Source of the DNA: Pelagomonas calceolata
Taxonomy: Eukaryota
Direction of reading: 5' to 3'
NCBI GenBank assembly: GCA_918797485.1
Contig: CAKKNE010000001.1
Span: forward strand, 868,001 to 932,000
DNA: 64,000 nt
Shown here: one piece after another, positions 1 to 10,000 of the stretch
How positions within the stretch are numbered: position 1 is the first letter of the stretch
Layout of the letters: each line of letters opens with the position of its first letter
Position numbers and translations under genes: made by a program
Notes under the pieces: generated by a model
What the model saw: the letters and a program-made list of their open reading frames with translations, nothing else
Databases searched by the model: none
Told to the model about the DNA's origin: nothing

Positions 1-1654
1 CCAACTGCGCATCCAACTGGTCCAGCGTCTGGTCCGTCTCCACTTCTAAATCATCCAAAGCCGCGAGCTTCTCGAGGACGTCCTCATCCACAAAATCGAG
101 GACGTTTTTCCCGTCCATGATTTCGGGCTGGATGTCCGTGGCGAACTCGTCGCAGCGCAGCTGGCCGATGTACTCCCGCGACGTTTCGCCCGAGTAGACG
201 CCGGGGCCTCCTCCCGCCCACATGCGTTCCCGTTCCGTCGTTCGAGGCGGCCTCGCGCTCGCGGCTCGCGCCGCCTCCGCGTCGCGCGCTATGGCTCGAG
301 CTTGCTGGGCCGCGTGTTCGGCTTGTTGAGCCGCATCTGTAGTAGAGCCGTGGCCGCCGTCTCTCGCTTCCAGAGCCGCTAATTCTAACCGATCCGCGTC
401 TTGCGCGGCGCGGGCCGCGCGTTTCTCCAATTTCTTCGCCTTTCGCGCCGCTAAGACGGACGCGGGGATACTCGGCCCGCGGTCCTCGTCGGCGCCCATC
501 GGTAGCGCCGTCGCTAACGCGGGCCTCCGTTGCGCCGCGTCCGCGGGCGTGGCCACGAGTCGCGTCAACTTGTCTCGCAACCGCGACCCGCCGGCCGCCG
601 CCCGGCGCCGATCGACCCTAGCCTGCAACAGGACATCACAGGCCGCATCTTTCACGGCCTGGACGCCAGCTTCCGTGACGTTCGACATCGGGACTAAAAC
701 CGCGTCCGGGTCGTGCGCGGCACACATGTCCTTCAACATCTGCTGGTGGTCCGCCGATAAATCCTCAAGAGGCTTGGCGTCGACCTTGTTCGCCACGATG
801 ACCAATTGCTTGTCCGCGAACAGCGGTCGGATACTATCATACAATGATTTTTGTTGTTCCAGGGTGTAGCCGCACTGCTCCGAGACGTCGACGAAAAACA
901 GCACGGCGCACGGCAAATGCGCCAAAGCGGTCACGGCCTGCATCTCGATGACGTTGCGCTTCTCGAGCTCGTGATCCAAGATCCCGGGGGTGTCGATGAC
1001 CTGCCACCGCAAGTAGCGGTGGTCCATGTGGCCGACATACAGCGCTTTGGTCGTGAAGGCCCAGGGCTGCACTTCCACATCCGCTCTTGTTACCTTGTTC
1101 ACGAAGCTGCTTTTACCGACGTTGGGAAAGCCACATACTAATAGCGTTCGAGCTGTGGGATCCAATGCTGGTAAGCGTCCCAAATGTTTCCTCACTTCCT
1201 CCAGGTAAGCTAGGGCGGCCCGCTGCCTCTTGATCAGTGTCGCCATCCGTCCCAACGCCGCGACCTTCAAAGCTTTACATCTGTACAAAGAATCCGCGTA
1301 CTTGATCAGACGCACGTAGTCGCGACAGACCGTCTCGCAGAGCTTCTTGCAGGTGTTCAACTGGCCCAGCGCGAGCTTGTAGTGGTCCCTATCATACAAC
1401 ACGCCCATGAGGTCGCCGTGGAACGGGTGGACGTCGTCCAAGCGCGGGAAGTCGCTCACGATGGCGCCTAGTCTCTCGCTTATCGTTTGTTGCGTGAACT
1501 TGACCTTCCTCATGTAGAAACTCCGGATGCGCGTGATTTTGTACCCGGGGTGCACGACGGTCGGCGTCTTCCTTTGCGTGCGCATCAAGACAATGTCTAC
1601 TAATTCGGCGGCCGTGGGCACGGCGGCTAAGCGCTTGAGGTCGTAGGTGACCAT
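1..1654 (-). CDS. NOG1: Nucleolar GTP-binding protein 1 (3' end runs off the window)
   Basis: Not in the ORF track. Reading from ATG at 1654 (-) gives [56 protein letters not shown]. It later has the GTPase motifs [22 protein letters not shown] and NKVD, typical of NOG1. Confidence 0.95.
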   Translation of the reverse strand, partial: MVTYDLKRLAAVPTAAELVDIVLMRTQRKTPTVVHPGYKITRIRSFYMRKVKFTQQTISERLGAIVSDFPRLDDVHPFHGDLMGVLYDRDHYKLALGQLNTCKKLCETVCRDYVRLIKYADSLYRCKALKVAALGRMATLIKRQRAALAYLEEVRKHLGRLPALDPTARTLLVCGFPNVGKSSFVNKVTRADVEVQPWAFTTKALYVGHMDHRYLRWQVIDTPGILDHELEKRNVIEMQAVTALAHLPCAVLFFVDVSEQCGYTLEQQKSLYDSIRPLFADKQLVIVANKVDAKPLEDLSADHQQMLKDMCAAHDPDAVLVPMSNVTEAGVQAVKDAACDVLLQARVDRRRAAAGGSRLRDKLTRLVATPADAAQRRPALATALPMGADEDRGPSIPASVLAARKAKKLEKRAARAAQDADRLELAALEARDGGHGSTTDAAQQAEHAAQQARAIARDAEAARAASARPPRTTERERMWAGGGPGVYSGETSREYIGQLRCDEFATDIQPEIMDGKNVLDFVDEDVLEKLAALDDLEVETDQTLDQLDAQL

Positions 1655-2316
1655 GGTTTTTATGTGGGTGCGCGGCGGCGGCGTTTACGCTGTGTGTTGT
1701 CGTGCGCTGCGGCGTTTACGCTCGCTCGCTGTCCGTCCGAGTTTTGCTGCTGCAGGTGCTACAGGGCAAAGAGCCCAGCTATACGCAAGCTGACGCTGCG
1801 ACCGAGCAGGCTTCGCAGCCGTGCTGTGTCAAAGCTTTGGCGCGTGTACGAAGCTGAAACGAGACGCTCGTCAAGGTCGCGCGTCGAGAGCAATGGGCAA
1901 ATGCGGCGATGAAAAAACGCAGCTCAGGAGACGCGGCGTCGTGGAAGGCTCCTCCGGGCGCGCGAGGCGTATGGAGCGGTCGGGAGGAGTGCTTCCAGGG
2001 AGCGTTTGGACCCGCGCTCTAGAGCAGCAACGCTCTAGAACAGCAAAAACACACCTCAGCCCTCAAGCGGCTGAGCGTTGCGTACGCGTGCGATTCGGCG
2101 TCGAGAATTTCCTCAGGGTGCACGAGAGATCCATGCTGGCGAAGGTTTGAGCCTCGCGCCGCGAACAGACGTGTTGAGGCAGGGAGAGCAAGCTCTCTGA
2201 GAGGCCAGATCATCACACGCAGACGCGCTGCGCTGTACGCCCGCCGCCGTTGACAGCACGCAGCAACGCGCGTGCAACTCACGAACCACGCAAACGCAGG
2301 CAGCGGTAAGTGCTGT

Positions 2317-2907
2317 ATGCTCCTGGCGCGCCGGGCGGCACGCGCGGCCAGCGCTCTCAGACCCCGCCGCGACCTCAACCTCGTAGCCGCAGCCATGGGC
2401 CTCGTCCACGGCAAGGATGCGAAGAGCACGCACGACGGCTCCTTCCACGACTTTGTTAGGGAAGACATCCAGGGCAATCCCGTCAATTTCAAGGAATTCG
2501 CGGGCAGGGTCTGCGTCGTCACGAACGTCGCGTCCGAATGAGGCAAGACCGCGTCGCACTACAAGGGCCTGGTGAAATTAAATCAAGCCTACGGTGCGCG
2601 CGGGCTGCACATTCTAGCGTTTCCCTGCAACCAGTTTTTGAAGCAGGAGTCGGGCTCGGCCGAGGAGATCCTGGCGGGCGCGCGGGGCCGCGGCTTTGAT
2701 GGGCCCGGCATGCACCTGATGAAGAAAGTTAAAGTCAACGGGCCGGGCGCCGACGAAGTCTTCCTTTATCTGAAGGCCGAGGCCCCGTGCCAGATCAAGT
2801 GGAACTTCGGCGCCTACTTTGTGGTCGACGGCGCCGGCACCGTGGAGTCGTTCGCCGGCGTGCACCCCCGCGACCTCACGGCGCGGCTCGACGCGCTCCT
2901 GGCCTAG
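2317..2907 (+). CDS. GPX: Glutathione peroxidase, selenocysteine-containing (UGA at 2539-2541 read as Sec)
   Basis: ORFs 2272-2541 and 2572-2907 are in the same frame, separated only by TGA in CVVTNVASE-U-GKT, the GPx active-site position. ILAFPCNQFLKQE and IKWNF follow. The Arg/Ala-rich N-terminus resembles a mitochondrial presequence. Confidence 0.93.
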
Positions 2908-2922
2908 AGGAGGCTTGCTCAT

Positions 2923-2989
2923 GATGTCGCCATTCGTGACGCCGCGGCCCTCCCTCTGCGGGGGCCGCGGCCGATTCTAGCGCGGCGTC
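2923..2989 (+). promoter_or_regulatory. SECIS element in the GPx 3' UTR
   Basis: Helix I GATGTCGC (2923-2930) pairs with GCGGCGTC (2982-2989). The core is GTGAC (2936-2940) / CGAT (2972-2975). Helix II GCCGCGGCCC (2941-2950) pairs perfectly with GGGCCGCGGC (2962-2971). The apical loop has CCC rather than AAA. Confidence 0.8.
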
Positions 2990-3040
2990 GGCAGTTTTCC
3001 TGGGGCCTGTGGTGTGTAAATCATCTGTGAATCGACGTGA

Positions 3041-3063
3041 GCTAGCAGTAAGACACTAGCAAG
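3041..3063 (+). promoter_or_regulatory. Recurrent intergenic CTAG...GTAAGACACTAG motif
   Basis: gctagcagtaagacactagcaag, ~280 bp upstream of the CRIPT-like gene. Confidence 0.6.
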
Positions 3064-3341
3064 CAGCTCGGCCCAGGCGGCGCGGTCGACGTAAACGCGC
3101 ACATCGGTGGTCGAGGTTAGCCTGCACCACTGCTGTGATCACCACTGCTGCGGCCTTCACCGCATCTGCTGCCTACGCTGCACCAACACTGCGTTGTTGC
3201 GGCAGCACCAGGGCCTGCCTCTTGCAGCGCTGGCCGCGCGCTCCTACGCGACACGCAGCGGCAAACACCACTGTGCCGAACCGCTGCGACGCGCTTTGCC
3301 TGCGCACATAGCGCTGCGCCGACGACGCGTCGCACGGAACC

Positions 3342-4307
3342 ATGGTCTGCAAGGACTGCGAAAAAAAGCTCTCGAAGGTCATCGTTCCCGACAAGTGGAA
3401 GGACGGCGCCCGTAACGTCACGGGCGGCACCGATGGAGGACGGGCCACGACCTACCGCAATTCATTGTTACAAGTAAGAGGCGCAACGCAGCGCTTCCAG
3501 GCGGGCGTCAAGACGTGTCGAATCTGCAAGTCCAAGGTCGCGCAGGACGCGAACTACTGCCAGGAGTGCGCGCACCACAACGGGATCTGCGCCATGTGCG
3601 GCAAGCGCGTGGACGATCTGCGCTTTGACAGGAGAGGTGGCGTGAAACCGGAGAAGCGGAAGGAACTTGCAGGCGTCGTCGAGAGCGACTACGGCACGGC
3701 CGAGCGCTTCCGGAAGAAGGCCAAGGCGCCGGAAACGGCTGAGGAGGAGGCGCCTCCGCCAGTGCCGGCGGAGGACCCGGAGGTCGCCGCGCGGCGCGAA
3801 CGGGACGCGCGGGCCCAGGCGTCGGCGCTGGGCGCCGCCGACGCGGCTCTCAATAGGGCGCGGAACCGCGTCGTCGGCGCGGAACCGGCGGCGGCCGCGC
3901 CGGCGCCGGCGCCCGCGCCGGCGGGCCGCGGCCGCGGCGCGACGACGCCCGCGTGGATGACTCAGGCGCCCGCGCCCGCCGCAGATGCCTACGGCGACTG
4001 GCAGTCCGCGCGCGACGCGACGTCGGGCAAGGTCTACTACTACAACGCAAAAACGCAGCAGACGTCGTGGACCTGGCCGCCCGCCGCCGCGCCGCCGCCC
4101 GCGCCGCCGCCCCAACAACAACGAACGAGGCCGGTCAACCCGCTCGCCGCCGGCGCCGCGCCGCCGACGCTCTCCGCCGACCGCATGGCGCTGCGGGACG
4201 AGACGCTCGGCGTCGCGGGCGAGATGGCGCCGCAGTCGCGCGGCGACCGCGACTGGCGGTCGAAGTACGACATCGGCGGCGGCCTCGAGGGGAGGGATAA
4301 TTTCTAG
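3342..4307 (+). CDS. CRIPT: CRIPT-like zinc-binding protein with C-terminal WW domain
   Basis: The N-terminus MVCKDCEKKLSKVIVPDKWKDGARN...CRICKSKV...YCQECAHHNGICAMCGK matches the CRIPT pattern. WQSARDATSGKVYYYNAKTQQTSWTWP is a WW domain. Confidence 0.85.
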   Translation: MVCKDCEKKLSKVIVPDKWKDGARNVTGGTDGGRATTYRNSLLQVRGATQRFQAGVKTCRICKSKVAQDANYCQECAHHNGICAMCGKRVDDLRFDRRGGVKPEKRKELAGVVESDYGTAERFRKKAKAPETAEEEAPPPVPAEDPEVAARRERDARAQASALGAADAALNRARNRVVGAEPAAAAPAPAPAPAGRGRGATTPAWMTQAPAPAADAYGDWQSARDATSGKVYYYNAKTQQTSWTWPPAAAPPPAPPPQQQRTRPVNPLAAGAAPPTLSADRMALRDETLGVAGEMAPQSRGDRDWRSKYDIGGGLEGRDNF

Positions 4308-4547
4308 CGGATACTTCGCGTCGAAAGGCGTCGAGAGAGGAAGAGTCGAGGGACGGACCCCGCACGCGAGATATGCAGAGCTAGCTCGAGCTTTGCGCGC
4401 TGCGTGTTGGGGGCTCTGTAGCGCCGGCCGGTATTGCTTGGCAGGTGGTCGGCCACAAACTAAAACAACAGCAAATGCACCATTTCGTGACGAGAAAGGC
4501 TGCCCTCAGATGATCAAGTAGGGGCTGCCCTTATCCATCGGAGCAGG

Positions 4548-6961
4548 ATGAAAACAGCGGTGCTCCTCCTCGTCGCCGCAGGCACGGCGAAACGCGACGA
4601 AGACCTCCACGCCCTCGCCGCGCGCACTCGCACGGAGCACCGCCCCGCCGTCGCGCGGAGCGCGGCGCGAGCCGCCAAAGCGTCGCGCCTCCTCGCGGAC
4701 CACGGTCACCTGTTGCCCCCCGACCTGCGCGAGAAAGGCCAAGATCTACTGAACGAGCACGAGTTCCGTCTGCACGCGGCGCTTGACAGCGCGAACCCGG
4801 GCCCGGCGCTCGCGGCCATCGAGAAGAGGGAAGCGGGCTACCTCAAGGCTTTCCGGAAGCTCGGTGGCGAGGGGGCTGTGTCCAAGGCCCGCAAGCTGCC
4901 GAAAGACGAAGAGCGCACGAAGCTCCGTGCGACGCGTGAGGTATTGTTCGAGGCGACGGGGATCGACGCCGAGGAACCGGTCTGGGGCGCGCCGTTCCGC
5001 GCGCTGGAAGGGCTCTTCAGGGCGGGTCACCCGGTGTCCAGCCTCGCCGAACGGGAAGCGCCGATGGAGGCGCTCGGCGTCAGTGCCAAGTTCTTCGAGG
5101 ACGGAACTGCTCTAACAAAACGTTACCACGTTGCTCTACAGCCGCCGTGCGACTGCTGGACGTTTGGGCGCGATGCGGTCATCAAACAAGCTAAAATCGT
5201 CGCCAAATCCCTGAAGGCGCCGCCGCTCGTCGACGCGTGGCTCGATTCCATCGAGGCCGACGACGCGAGAAAGCTGCCGAGCGTCGGTTTCGGCGTGTCG
5301 GTCGAGGACGGCGCGTGCAAGCTCTACGTCCTGAACTACGGCGGCCACGAACTCCCGCCGCTGCCGCTCGTCGACGCCTTACCGCGGACCGCGCGCAAGC
5401 AGGACCGGGCGTCTTCGGTCATGGTCTCGGTCGAGTGGAAGTTCGGCGACATGAAAACTCAACAGATGCGCCAGTACGCCGTCGAAGCCGCCTCGGGCGA
5501 CGTCTCTGTCGCGCGCCAAACGCAAGACGAGCGCTTCGCCGGCGACGAGCTCGTGGCGGCGCTCGACGGCGCGTTCGGGGTCGGGCAGAGCGAGGACATC
5601 GCCGTGACGGCGCCGTTTCAATACGACAAAGCCACGACGCCGCCGGTCGTCGCCGCGCCGCTCGCGAAGTCGGGCCTCAAGCTGAAGCGCCAGGATGGTA
5701 ACATTGACTCGAACGCCGAGACGGATGCAAAACTGGCGGCTCTTCTGAAAGCGCCGGGCGCCGACGCTTGGCTCGCGCGGTCGCGCGTCGTGCGACACGC
5801 GCTTTCCAACGTGCAGTTCGGCGAGGGCTTCGTCACGCTGTACAGGCACCCGACGGTCTTCGGTTTCGTGGACCCGTCCTCGGCGCCTCAGCACCTCGCG
5901 CTGAGAAACGCGCTTGCCAAGAATACGCGCGCGACGCGGCGGCGGCTCGACGAGACCCGGTCCTCGAGCGGGTACCTAGACGACGTGACGCACTGCGACG
6001 AGGCCATCGAGCTATTCCTGGACCGCGCCGTGTGACTCGGTGTCCATCGGCAAGTTTGTGTAGTGTCGCGGGCTCTCCTCCCACCCCACCCGCATTCACG
6101 CAGGTCTGGGGCGCCAACGAACTCGACTCGACGTGCAAGCGGGACAGCGACCTCGCCGCGAACGCGGGGACCTGTCCGATCTCGTGCCAGGACGACGTCG
6201 CGTGCCTGGTCGTGGCCTGCTCCGACTGCGCTCTCGTGGACGTGGCCTGCGACGAGGCCATCGACACGGCGGCGTATCCCGAGCTCGCGCGCCACGTCGG
6301 CGGCGACGTGGACTTGTACGACGACCTCGACATCGAAGACGTCCCGGCGGGCAAGATCGTGCGGCTGCCGTGCGGGGACAGCGGGCTGTTCAACACAATG
6401 AATCTCTGGGGCCCAGATGGCTGCAAGTACCCCTACTACGGATTTATGCCGGTCGACACGCTCTGCGACGAGTGCTCGTCGATGTACGCGGCGCGGGAGG
6501 CGGTGCTCGACGGCCTCTGGGACGGCCCCTGCAACGAGGACGATCCGCCGGGGGACGACGACTCGCTGACGCTGCCGTCGAACTACCCCGGCTGCGGCTG
6601 CGACTGCGCGGACTTTCTCCGGCGCGACCTTTCCTGCACGTCCGAATCGTGCGTCAACGTCGCCCAGGCGTACGCAGCTTCGAATACCGTGTGCGCCGGC
6701 GACAAGCTGCGGTGGGACACGACCTCGTCGTCCACAGGGTGCGAGACGTACGGCGCCGGGTCGCCGCTGACGGGCAGCGCGTGCCTGGACGCAGCCGGCG
6801 CCGTCCCGAACGCGACGTGCTACCGGACGCCGGCCGCGATCTCCGAACCTGGCTTCCCGTGGCCGTGGCCTGACGTGTGCTATCACATGCAGCGAGATGC
6901 CGCGCTCGGACGGCGCGCCTCGGCGCTCGCTCTCGTCGGCGCAATCGTGATGATGGTATAA
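4548..6961 (+). CDS. Secreted/surface protein with Cys-rich C-terminal part; 2 exons (4548-6029, 6104-6961)
   Basis: Signal peptide MKTAVLLLVAAGTA. A GT...TTCACGCAG intron at 6030-6103 (74 nt, phase 0) joins ...LFLDRA to VWGANEL... in the Cys-rich frame, which ends in the hydrophobic tail ALALVGAIVMMV. Confidence 0.65.
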
Positions 6962-7028
6962 CCTACCAGTGTAATAGTGGATTCCCGAGGACTATGAATA
7001 CAACTACGCAAGAGTCACATGAAGAATC

Positions 7029-10000
7029 TTAGCCGGGCGCGACGGCACTACTACCGGCCCATCCCGTCCGCGGCCGCAGGCAGAACATCGCGAGGCAGAA
7101 CCCGGGCGCGACGACGGGCGCAAATAAAAACCTTGTAAGAAGGGTGAGCGACACCGGGGCGTAGTAGAAGCTCACCCAAAACATGTGCCAATAGTCCTTC
7201 TTGCCGCACTTCGTGAGGTCAAATTTTTTTTCCCTCATGTTCCCCGGCGGCCCGTCGATGCACTCGTAGATGGGGTTCTCCCGCTTCCCCGCGTACAACA
7301 ACCCGGTCAAGACAAACACCCACCAGAAGTTCCAGAGGCACAGCGGGAAGCACGCGAAGCGCGTGCAGCCGCAGCATGTCGCCTCGGAGAAGACCACCTT
7401 ATCAAGTTCCTTCTGCGCGTCGTCGTCGGCCTCGGCCTGGAGCATCGCGGCGACCTCGCGGCCGAGGCGCGACTGCGCCAGGCCGTCGCCGCCCCCGACG
7501 ATCCTCAAAAACACCTTCTCCATCGTCGCGCGCGCGAGCGAAAAGTCGATCACGCCGAGCCGCGCGCACGCGTCGTCGTCGAAGGCGCGGAACGCGAGCG
7601 CCGGCGTCCGCCGCGGGTCGACGCCCACGAGCTCGAGCGTCGCGACGTCCGCGTCCGCGGCGGCGACGTCGACGTCCGGCGACGAAAAGGCCTCGCGCGC
7701 GAACGTCACGAGGTCCGCGACGTGTTCGTCGTCCCGCGTTTTCAGGCGGCACGAGATCTCGTAGCCCGCCGCGTAGCGCTCCTTGAGGTCCTGCGGCGTC
7801 CCGATGCAGCGCATGGTGCCCTTGACCATGATGCCGATGCGGTCGCAGAGGAGGTCGGCCTCGCCCATCGAGTGCGTCGTCAGGACGACAGCGCGGCCCT
7901 TCATCGTCACCTTGATGAGGTCCCAGAGATTCCTTTGCGCTCCTGGATCCAGGCCCGACGACGGCTCGTCCAGCAACACCACCGAGGGGCCGCCGACCAG
8001 CGCCACCGCGACCGCCAGCTTGCGCTTCATGCCCCCCGACAGGCGGCCCGCCGCTTTGTCGGCGTGGTCGGACAGGCCGACGACGGCGAGCGCTTGCTCC
8101 GCGGCGTCGCGCGCGTCTCCTTCGATGTCGACGCCCCGCAGCCGCGCGAAGAGACAGAGATGGTCTCGACAGCTCAGGTGGTTCCAGAGGACGTTCTTCT
8201 GGTTGACGACCCCAAGCGCCTGAGCTGCCGACTCGAAGTCCTGTGTGGAAATCAAATTTCGGGCGCCCCACGCCATCGACGCGATATTTTCTCCGTAGCT
8301 GCGTCTGCTCGATGGCGTGAAAGTCAACCTAACTCACTGGTTGATTTCCACACAGCTCTTGACGGCCAGCACGCTCCTCCCGCCGACTTTGGCGTCCCCA
8401 GACGTCGGCTCGATGGATCGGCAGATCATCGAGACGGTCGTTGTCTTTCCGGCGCCGTTCGCGCCTAGTAAACCAAAGACCTGGCCCGTCGGGACGCCGA
8501 ACGCCGCGCACTGGACGGACTCGACGGCCGCACCGCCGAAGAACCGCGGCGGATAGATCTTGCGCAGCTCCGAGACGACGAGGCCGTCGCGGTCCGCCGA
8601 CTTGATGTCGCGCACGAGCGGCGGCGGGTACGGGTCGTCGCCCGGCGGCACGTTCCGCAGCAAGGCGACGGTGTCGCGCACGGCGGCGGAAAACCTCGTC
8701 CGCGGCGGCCGCGACGGCGGCGCTTCCTCCTCCGGCTCGTCTACCACAATCTGGAAGTCGTCTTCGTTCGTCGACAGGGCGTCGCCTGCGCTCGCGGCGT
8801 CGCCCGCGCCGGTGAGCGCCGCGACGCGCGCGCGCTCCGCGGCGACGTCGTCGGGCATCGCGGCCGCGCGCGCCTTGGAGACCCGCGTCTTGACCCAGGC
8901 GAGCGGGCGCAGGGCCCGCCGATCCTGAAAGATGACTATTCCTTCATAAAGCACGATGTGGAACAGGGCGAAGAGCGCGGCCGCCCAGCCGCTCGGTAAG
9001 GGCGGGTCCGCGGGCTGCCTCGATAAAGGTCCGGGTCCCGACGCCTCGAGGAAGCCCATGCGCTTCAGCTGCGGGTGGAAGGCCACCTTGCAGACCTGGA
9101 CCGCCAGGTTGCCGAACGGCGACGCCATCGACGCGAGCCACGCGGCTTTGCAGCTCAGGTCCTGGAGGAGCCAGCGGTTCTTCTGGACCGCGGCCGCCCA
9201 CCAGAGCGCCGCCAGCGCCCCCGGCGCGGCGAAGCCGTAGATTCCGACGACAAAGGGCGTGCCGCCGACCGCCACGAGCGGATGGTCGAAGGTCGTCGTC
9301 GCGAAGTGCGAGAAGCTCACGATCCCCGCGCTGCAGAGCGGCAGGAGAATCCACAGCCACGGCCAGCGCTCCATCCAGCGGCGCACGACGAATTTCGTCG
9401 CGTTCTTCCAGGCCCCGGCCCCGATGCTGTGGTCCCAGACGCTGCCGCAGTACCACTGCTTGAGGGTATCGTAGGACTCGGAGCTCCACATACTCTCCTC
9501 TTCCTCTTCAAAGCCCCCCGGGTACCGGTCGTGGAAGGCGCTCGCCATGGACGCGACGGTCGCGTCGTAGGGCCCGAGGTCGAGATCCCCCTTCCGAGCG
9601 GCCGCGTGGAGCTGCGCGTAGGTCGGCGCGCTGCTGCACAACCGTTTGCGGTACGCCATGCGCGTCGCCGCTAACATGAAGACGACGCAGACGGCACCGC
9701 CCACGAGTATCAGCGCATCGCCGAGCCAGTTTCCCAGCCAGTACGTGAAGGTGTCGAGGCCCGAGACCGCCAGCAGATTCCGCAGACCTCTGGCGCGCTC
9801 GCGGACGTAGGGCTCCACGATGAATCCGGCGGCGAGGACGTATCCGCCCAGCAGGACCCCCACGACGAGGGCGTTGTAGCCCTCCGCCCAGCCACTTTTG
9901 AAGCCTGTCGTCCTCTTCCTTCTGCCCATGTTTCCGCGCACGACCAGCGGCATCGCCGCCGACGCCACTTGGAGGAGCACCAGGGTTGTTCCATGTATCC

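Noticed and set aside
2019..2039. CTAG-N12-CTAG as another copy of the intergenic motif
   Set aside because: It lacks the AAGACAC core and is too divergent to count.
2539..2541. GPx as a nonsense-mutated pseudogene
   Set aside because: The TGA is at the catalytic Sec position and a SECIS-like hairpin follows the gene.
7029..8327. Separate ABC ATPase gene, or frameshifted ABC pseudogenes (also 47396-49573)
   Set aside because: The frame breaks coincide exactly with Introner insertions, and removing them restores conserved motifs.
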